Below are positions 57,097-64,000 of a stretch of DNA of 64,000 nucleotides, in pieces. The notes under the pieces were generated by a model. It ran no database searches and was not told the DNA's origin. It was given only the letters and a program-made list of their open reading frames with translations. Origin of the DNA: Cyanophora paradoxa CCMP329 (lineage: Eukaryota; Plantae; Glaucophyta); NCBI GenBank assembly GCA_004431415.1, contig QPMI01000096.1, forward strand, positions 62,001 to 126,000, read 5' to 3'. The position numbers and the translations under genes were made by a program. Every line of letters starts with the position of its first letter. Position 1 is the stretch's first letter.

Positions 57097-58032
57097 CTTG
57101 GTGGCGTGTCGCAGCGCGCACGGCCGCGGTGCTTGTATTATGCCTCGGCATATCGAGATATATCGTATAAGTAGATATCGATCTAGATTTCTCCTCTCTG
57201 GTCCTGGATCCGTTGTCAATTGCAAAGTCTTGAATAAACAAATGCACTTGCAATGAAATTGATAATGAGGACCAAGCTTATAATTATAATTAATCGCTTA
57301 AGCAATTAATTGCAAGTTGTAAGCTATGCGTTCAACAGTTCGGGACACGCGCCTGGCCCAGTGTCCATGGGCCTGGTTGCGGGCGCGCGTGTGCCACGCG
57401 CCATGCCGCATATTTAATGCAGCAGTGCATGCCTGCTGCATGCGCAGCTGTACGTACGTATACACGCGTGCCCGACGCGGACGCCCTGGCGAGCGCGGGC
57501 CCTGTCGAATTCGAGGCCCTGGCCGTCCCGCGCCGAGCTCAACCCGCGATCGCGAGCGCGCTATATAGCTAGCGCTAGCGCTAGTACTGCAGCTGCCAGC
57601 TGCAGGCTGGGCTGGGCCTGGGCAGGCCGGCGCCGGACCCTCAAGCCCCGCGGCGCGCGAGAGCGAGCTCGCGATCGGACCCAGCGAGATCCAGAACAGA
57701 ACAGATCCAGAACATTCGAATCCAAATCCATGAATTCGAATTCAGTCGAAACTGTACATTAACTTCACAAAGATGAAAATGCAGCCTTGCAGCCTGCCGA
57801 TCGAGGGGAAGATCGAGGCCCCGAGGGGGAATTATATTAGAAGGGGATCCGGAAAATGTGGAAAGGGACTCTTAAGACTCTGAGCTCAAGATCTCTCGAG
57901 CGCTAGCTCTCCGGAAATTTAACAGAGAGGAGGGATCTCCGCACGCTCGCATGCGCACGTGCGCGGGTCCGGCGCCGGCACTATAAAATAAGTATTCGAA
58001 TTCTCCGGTCGGCCGCCAGTTCATCGATCGAT

Positions 58033-59107
58033 ATGGCGCGCGGCTCGAGCTCTCTCGCCCTCCTGGCGCTCGTCCTCTGCACAGCCGTCGCCGCCGTTCG
58101 GGCTGGCGCCGCCGAGGGCCAGTACCAAGGTTACGCAATCGGAGTGGCGGACGGGTTTCAGGAAGTGCCGTTGAGTTCGCGCGCTCGCGGCGCGCCAGGC
58201 CCGCGGGCCTTTAAAATTTGCCTCGAAATTAAACTGTCCTGGCGCCGCGCGCGCGCGTCGACCGCTGCCGATCGAATTCGATGCGCGCAGATCCGTCCGT
58301 ACGCCAGCCTGGGGGCGCGCGCTCATCGCTCTGTACAGCACCGGGAACGCATACTACGGTCTCGTTTGGACGCGCCTGGCGAAGGAGTGAGCTGAATTCG
58401 ATGCTTATCGAAATTAAATTTCCGGTCTGTTGATTCGGCTTCGCAGGCCGGCGACCGCCATCGTCGCGTCCCACTTCCACGGCCCCCACGAAGTCCTGAA
58501 CGTGCGCAGTCCGAAATCAGCTCGAATTCGAATTTTCCGGCCGCCGGCGCCGCCTGCAGCGTCGACGTCAAGCCAGACTGACCCCCAATCAGAGCGCCGG
58601 AATCCGGATCACGCTGCCGGCGGAGAAGGAGCTCACTGCGGTGCGCCCGGCCTCCTTTTGCAATCTATATAGCTGATCATGAGCTTATAGAAATTACGTT
58701 CACCAATACCGATCTGTATCCATATCGCTTTGATCTCGAATCTCGAACCGCGCAGTATCGCGTCGCCATCACAGCGGACCAGTACGCGGCCTTCACGAGG
58801 AACTCGTACTACTACAACCTCCACACGTCCGCCTACCCCGACGGCGAGATCCGCGCGAACCTCATCTGGTACAGTGCGCCAAATTTTGACTGCGGATATA
58901 TATATCGATCGGATTAAGAGCAAGAATTTGATTTCTCCTTTGCCTGATCATGAGCTGCGCGCAAAAACTGTTCGGCTCACGCACGTACGTATACGCCTCG
59001 CAGCGGGGACGCCGCCGTCCGAGGATGCCCTGGGGGCCTTCGGCAGTACCCCTCCGGCCGCAGCCGGCGGCGGCCCCATGCATATGGATCCGGACGGCAC
59101 GTACTAG
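58033..59107 (+). CDS. Secreted single CHRD-domain protein, copy 2 (6 exons)
   Basis: Same intron positions as copy 1; ASHFHGP, YYNLHTSAYPDGEIRANL; longer tail ending MHMDPDGTY*. Confidence 0.85.
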
Positions 59108-60433
59108 CTTAGCGGCGTACGCTTGCAATTGTCGCAGCGCCGCGACGCGCACGGCCGCGGTGCTCCTATTATGCCGGCGCCTGGGCATATCGATCTAGAT
59201 CTAGATCTAGACTCCGATCCTCCTCTGGCCATATGCATGCATATGGATCCAAGGCCGGGCGCCATGGCCAGCTCCTAGGCCTGCAGCTCATGATATCCGA
59301 TCATGATATCGATCAGTGGTCAAATTTCTGAGTAAAATTAAAACAATTGCACTAGTACTTGCAACGGAATTCAAAGTGAGGACTGAGCGCTTATAATTAA
59401 GCATGCGCAAGTAAGCTTTAGCTGTGCGTTCGGGATACGCGCCTGGTCCAGTGTCCATGGGCCCGCGGCCGGGCCGGGAGACCCGGAGTCCGGAGGCTGG
59501 GTCGGGCGTCCCGGAGTCCGGTTGCATGCATATGTGCCCGCGGCCCTGGCAAGCGCGAGCGCTAGCCCTTCGCGGTCCTGGCCATGGCCGTCCCGCGCCA
59601 AGCTCGAGCGCGCTGGCAGTACTAGTGGGCCGGGCGGGCTGAACCCCTCGCGAGGCGCGCGCGCGCCGCGGCGCCGGCGCCGGACTCGGCGGAACAGAAC
59701 TTGGCCATAGAAGCTCGAATTCGAAGGTCATCGGCGCCGGTGGCGATGTGCAGCGCCGACGCGACTGTGTTGGCCGAGCACAGAGGCTCGACCTATACGA
59801 TTCCAAAGCAAAAGCTTGTCGTTGCTGATCATGAGCTGGTGCCGCGGATGCGGCGAGCACGAGACATTTGATCCGATATGGGGGGGTACAGTACACAGCA
59901 ACTTCGAGCTTGCGCCCGTCAGCCGGATTGCGATCCTGTCAAGAAAGAGCCTGTAACAGGTGCGAGAAGCTCATCGGGACCCACGTCCGCCCGGACGCTC
60001 CGCCCCTGGCCGCACCACCCGCCGAAACCCAGCGGCTCCTATCCCGGCCTTCCCCCAGCCTCAGAGTGAATCCCAGAAGCTTTGTCACACAGATCACGAG
60101 CTCCACTTGTGGCAGCTGCAGCTTCGTGACTCGGCGCCAGCTTTTCGGAGCAGAACCGCGGGAGCCAGCCACCGCGGCCGGCGGATGCCGGCGGCGTGGA
60201 CAAGACATTTCCGGGTTCCTATCAGCCGTCAAAGCCGTCAAAGCCGTCTCAGCCGGCCAGATCCGCCTCCCATTGTTGGGGCCAAGCTTGCGAAGCCGCT
60301 GCTCTCAGCCCCCAGCTTCGCCGCGGCCGCTCGCGTTCCTCCAGCTTCCCGCTTTAAGCTCCCGGCATAGATTTCGTGCCCCGCCCAGTGTCCCATCTGC
60401 GTCCCGTGCGATGACGCGCACACGTACGCAGCG

Positions 60434-61600
60434 ATGGCAACGAAGGCAGAGCACCCGCACCACGACTTCCACCCGCACCCGCGCGAAGACTTCACCGATG
60501 AGGACGCCCCGCAGCACCACCTCGTGCGCCCGGCCCCGCCCGCCAGGCCGGGTCCCGCGCTTGATCGGTCCCGCGGCCGCCGCCGAACCGTCCGCCGCTT
60601 CACGTGATAATTCTGGCGGTCTGGGCCGTCTTATGAGAATCTAGAGGGGAGCCCAAGCCTTTCCCAAGCCTTAGTTCTCCCCGGAACCTCGAATTCATCC
60701 TGTCCGCCTGCCCCGCCTTGCGATTCCGACCGCCGGCCCGCCCCAGCCAGCGCCGCGCTGCCCTCGAAGTGATCGGCCTGACATTCTGCGCAGACTTTCC
60801 ACCCCGGCGAAAAGGTTATGTTCCGCGCCCCGGGTGGCGGCCAGGCGAGTCGACGCGCCCCCTCCTGCTCTTACTGCGAACCCCTTCTCCCCCCCCCCCC
60901 CGAGCCGGGCCTGAAGCGCACGTGTACCCCCGCAGATGCTGGCGGGAAAGATCCTGAGAGTGGCCCACCACTGCGTGCACACCTCCAAGGACGCCCATTC
61001 CCCCAGGGGGCACGACCGGGTACGCTGTTTCCTCTTCCCCGCCCGGAAGCATCGGTACCCCGCTCCCTCGTGATTTCCCGTACCCCCCAGGTCTGCCTGG
61101 ACGAGCACGAGGACGACGGCACGGCGGGGATACCGTACTACATAGTCTTCAGCGAGGCGCTGGGCAAGAGCGCCGGTGCGGCCCGCCGGGATCCGGATCC
61201 GCCTTCCCTTCAATCAAGGCTTCCCCGAGCTGAGGGGGCTTCTGGGGGCGCCAGGCTTCTACGCGCACGAGCTGAAGTCCGTGACGCCGGCGGCGCTGGA
61301 GGCGGTGGGCCTGAACCCCGCCCTCGCCGCCGACTCCTTCTCGGCCCCGCACACGCACGCCCCCGCGCCGGCCGAGAACGCCGGACCCGCGCACGCCCCG
61401 GCCCCCGACGCGAAGGACGGCGCCGGGAACCGCAAGGTTTGCACTACCCTCCCTCCCCCCTTTCCCCCCCCCCCCTCCTGATCTGAGCGAATCTGATCCG
61501 AGCCGGCCCCCGGCAGGGCTCGGTGACCTCGACCTCCTTCAAGGCCGCCGCCCACGGCAGCGTCGCCATCCAGCGCAAGAACAGCATGAACAAGAAGTGA
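60434..61600 (+). CDS. Small protein with a DUF2945/Hva1 Tudor-like domain and His-rich N-terminus
   Basis: Spliced: MATKAEHPHHDFHPHP..QHHL|TFHPGEKVMFRAPGGGQ|MLAGKILRVAHH..HDR|VCLDE..IPYYIVFSEALGKSAG|FYAHELK..|..KNSMNKK*. The pattern F.PG.KV..G.I..V..PYY.V.S..GK.A resembles DUF2945. Confidence 0.6.
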
Positions 61601-62063
61601 GCCGGAACCGGAGGCTGGACGCGAGCGGAGGCGAAGGCATATACGGTTTCAGGCTTGGCCTGCGGCATGTGTATATACGTACGTACTGCTGTAGCCTGTA
61701 GCCTAGTAGCCGTCTTCCACAGGGTAGGGGAGGGGGGGGGGGGGGGGGGGGGGGGCTCGTTTCGGGGGCTTAAATGCTCGGGCTGAAAAATCATAATTAG
61801 CGAATAGGCCTATAGCTAGTTGTCACAGTGTCACAGTGTTGCCGCAGTGCGAGTGCGTGCATGCATGATTTGTAACGTATATATAGTGTCGACATCGACT
61901 GTACGTACTGTATACATACATATATATGCATGTACACAATCGCAAGTCATGATACCGCGCAACGCGTACGTTTAACTGCTCTAAATCTAGCTGGCTTAAG
62001 CCTATAGCTAGTCATGTATTCGAATATATCTTACTAAGTTAACGTTATTTAACCCTATAGGCC

Positions 62064-64000
62064 TCTTTTTGGTCTCATAACCCTAGTGGTCAGGCCACTC
62101 AGGGGGTTGCCGCTCTCTTTCCTGGTGATTCCCCTTTTCAAATTCGGTTGTTGACTCCAGCTGATAGTCCTCGACTTCAACTTTTCTTGTTCGAGACCAA
62201 ATTTGGTCCCATTTATTTTTGCAATGTATATGCTCCTACAGATGATTCTGAGCGTCGCGGTTTCTATGAAACTCTTCTTTATACTCTCGAGTCCGTGGTT
62301 CCTTTCGACAGCCGCCTCATCTTAGGAGGAGATTTTAATTTCCACGAGCTCCCCTCTGATGCTCCCGGCCCTAGTCGTGGAACCCCTCCCCCGACGCCTT
62401 TGAGTTGATCCGAGCTCGTTATGGCCTTTTCGATGCCGGGCCTCACACTAGAGCGTGCTTTAAAACCTGGAGCCGGCCGCGGCCGGCGGGCGGGACGATT
62501 GAGTCCCGGCTCGATTATTTTTTCCTCTCGTCCTCCCTCCGCGATTGGGCCGTCTCGCTTCGGCCGTGGACGGCTTACTCTGCAGTTGGCGAGCCACGCA
62601 ATTCTGATCATATAGGCATCTATCTCACACTTAAAGCCCCCGGAATCTCTCGCCGTGGCCCCGGTCGCTGGCGCATGAACTGGGCGGCGTATGGGACATG
62701 CCCGGAATATTCTGGTTTCATTTCTACTATAATTCGTGACTGGCGCGCCGCGTGGCCATTAGTTACAGATCGCGTCCGTCGGTGGGACGCCCTCAAATCC
62801 GAGCTCCAGCGTCGTGTTCGGGCCTGGGAGCTTGATGAGAAGCGCAGGCGGAAGGACGCTTACATCTCCGCTGTTCGAGCTCTCGAGGCTCTCATCCGTC
62901 GCCACGCCGCTGGCTCTATTGATGATGTCGCTTTCCGTACACTGCGCACTTCTATGATGCGCAGCTTGAATTCGCTTGTGTCTGACTATGCCAGACAGCA
63001 TTCACGCAAAGAAATTCGTTTCGCCGCAACTCAAGATGGACGGTCTAGTAAAGCTTTTTTTGAGCATTATTTACCGGATTCTCATGCTCAGTTCCCGGAG
63101 GGGCTTCGGGCCCTCGACACCGAAGGCCCAGAGGCCGCGTCGGACGACCCCCGCACTTTGCTCGAGCTTTCTTCCGCCTATTACGCTCAACTATATGACG
63201 GCGCTGCAGCTCAGGCCGCGGTTGATCGGTCGCTAGCTGAGCGGTCTGGCGTTGCCTCTCTCTATTCCCCTCACCGCCTGCTCCCTACTGAGTCTGCTGA
63301 TCTTGACTCTGACTTATCGTCTGGAGAACTATTTCGTGCTTTTAAGGAGATGTCTGGCGGAGCCAAGTCTCCTGGCATCGATGGTCTCCCTGCTGAATTC
63401 TACGTTCACTTTTTTGATGAGATTGGCCCCGATTTCTGTGCTTACATCGCTGCTATGTATGAGTCTGGGCAGCCGTCCGAGTCTTTGCGGCACGTCCTCA
63501 TTACTCCTATTACTAAACCGGCAACGGACCCTACTTTGATTGCAAATCGCCGCCCAATTTCTCTCTCTAATGTCGAAGAGCGTGCAGTCGAGCGCGCCCT
63601 CTCCAACCGCTTAACGCCACTCATGTCTGGTCTTGTATCCCGCTTTCAGTCTGGCTTTATTCATCGTCGGTCCGCAGTGCACCAGGTTATGCTTGTTTAT
63701 CTTCTCATGCATTACGAGGGCGGTAATCCTGCACTTGAACAGCTGTGCTTCGGATTTCTTGATTTTTCAAAAGCCTATGACCGCGTTAACTGGAGCTTCC
63801 TTTTCTGGTCGCTCGAACAGTTCGGTTTCGGGTCCCAATTTATCAAGTGGGTCCGCCTGCTCTACTCTGATCTGCAGGGTTCTGTTCACATTAACGGCTG
63901 GACCTCCGCCCCTTTCCCCATTCGATGCGGTGTACGTCAGGGTGGCCCCCTTTCGCCCTATCTATATAATTTGTGCACACACCTTTTAGCCCTTTTGATT
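62064..64000 (+). mobile_element. 5'-truncated L1/Tx1-type LINE ORF2 (APE endonuclease + reverse transcriptase), continues past the window end; one frameshift near 62390
   Basis: NVYAP, ILGGDFN, SRLDYFF, SDH, GPGRWRMN, KSPGIDGLPAEFY, RRPISLSN, QSGFI, FLDFSKAYDRVNW, GVRQGGPLSPYLY. The sequence begins mid-endonuclease. Confidence 0.93.

Larger units (their letters stand above)
55400..59720. repeat. Tandem ~2.1-kb segmental duplication (promoter + CHRD gene + downstream)
   Basis: Paired blocks: ccgatcgaggggaagatcgaggccc at ~55567 and ~57797; ggcgcgcggctcgagctctctc at 55957 and 58035; cgcgcctggYccagtgtccatgggcc at ~57350 and ~59440. Boundaries approximate. Confidence 0.85.

Noticed and set aside
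62385-62395. Programmed frameshift in LINE ORF2
   Set aside because: It falls in a C homopolymer of a 5'-truncated copy, so sequencing error or decay is more likely.
1-64000. Hundreds of long Arg/Pro/Gly/Ala-rich ORFs in the six-frame track
   Set aside because: They are a by-product of very high GC content and read-through of introns. Conserved motifs only assemble after splicing.

Overview
Very GC-rich, intron-dense eukaryotic nuclear DNA. The style suggests an alga or protist such as a glaucophyte, but this is inference only. The ORF track is mostly spurious because the real genes are split into many short exons. Manual splicing supports these host genes: a LamG/Kelch membrane protein (5' end outside the window), an OPR/RAP organellar RNA-binding protein (-), a DUF4062-NACHT-WD40 (TEP1-like) protein, a DUF3537/7TMIC (gustatory-receptor-like) membrane protein, an Atg22-like MFS transporter, an ADCY10-like STAND adenylyl cyclase, two tandem secreted CHRD-domain genes and a small DUF2945/Hva1-Tudor-like gene. 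Mobile elements are a complete 6.1-kb Ginger-type DNA transposon (37396-43502; 145-bp TIRs, TGT..ACA ends, 5-bp TSD CCTCG), a 5'-truncated L1/Tx1-type LINE running off the right end, and a short LINE-like 3' tail. The most unusual observation is inside the transposon. It carries a second, convergent intron-containing gene, and several introns of both genes plus the spacer are built from 10-11-bp-phased arrays of the TIR motif CRTGCYC. Genome-wide oddities include frequent GC-AG introns, an 11-nt microexon, a strand-biased intronic GTACCCC motif and palindrome/TA-rich non-coding DNA.
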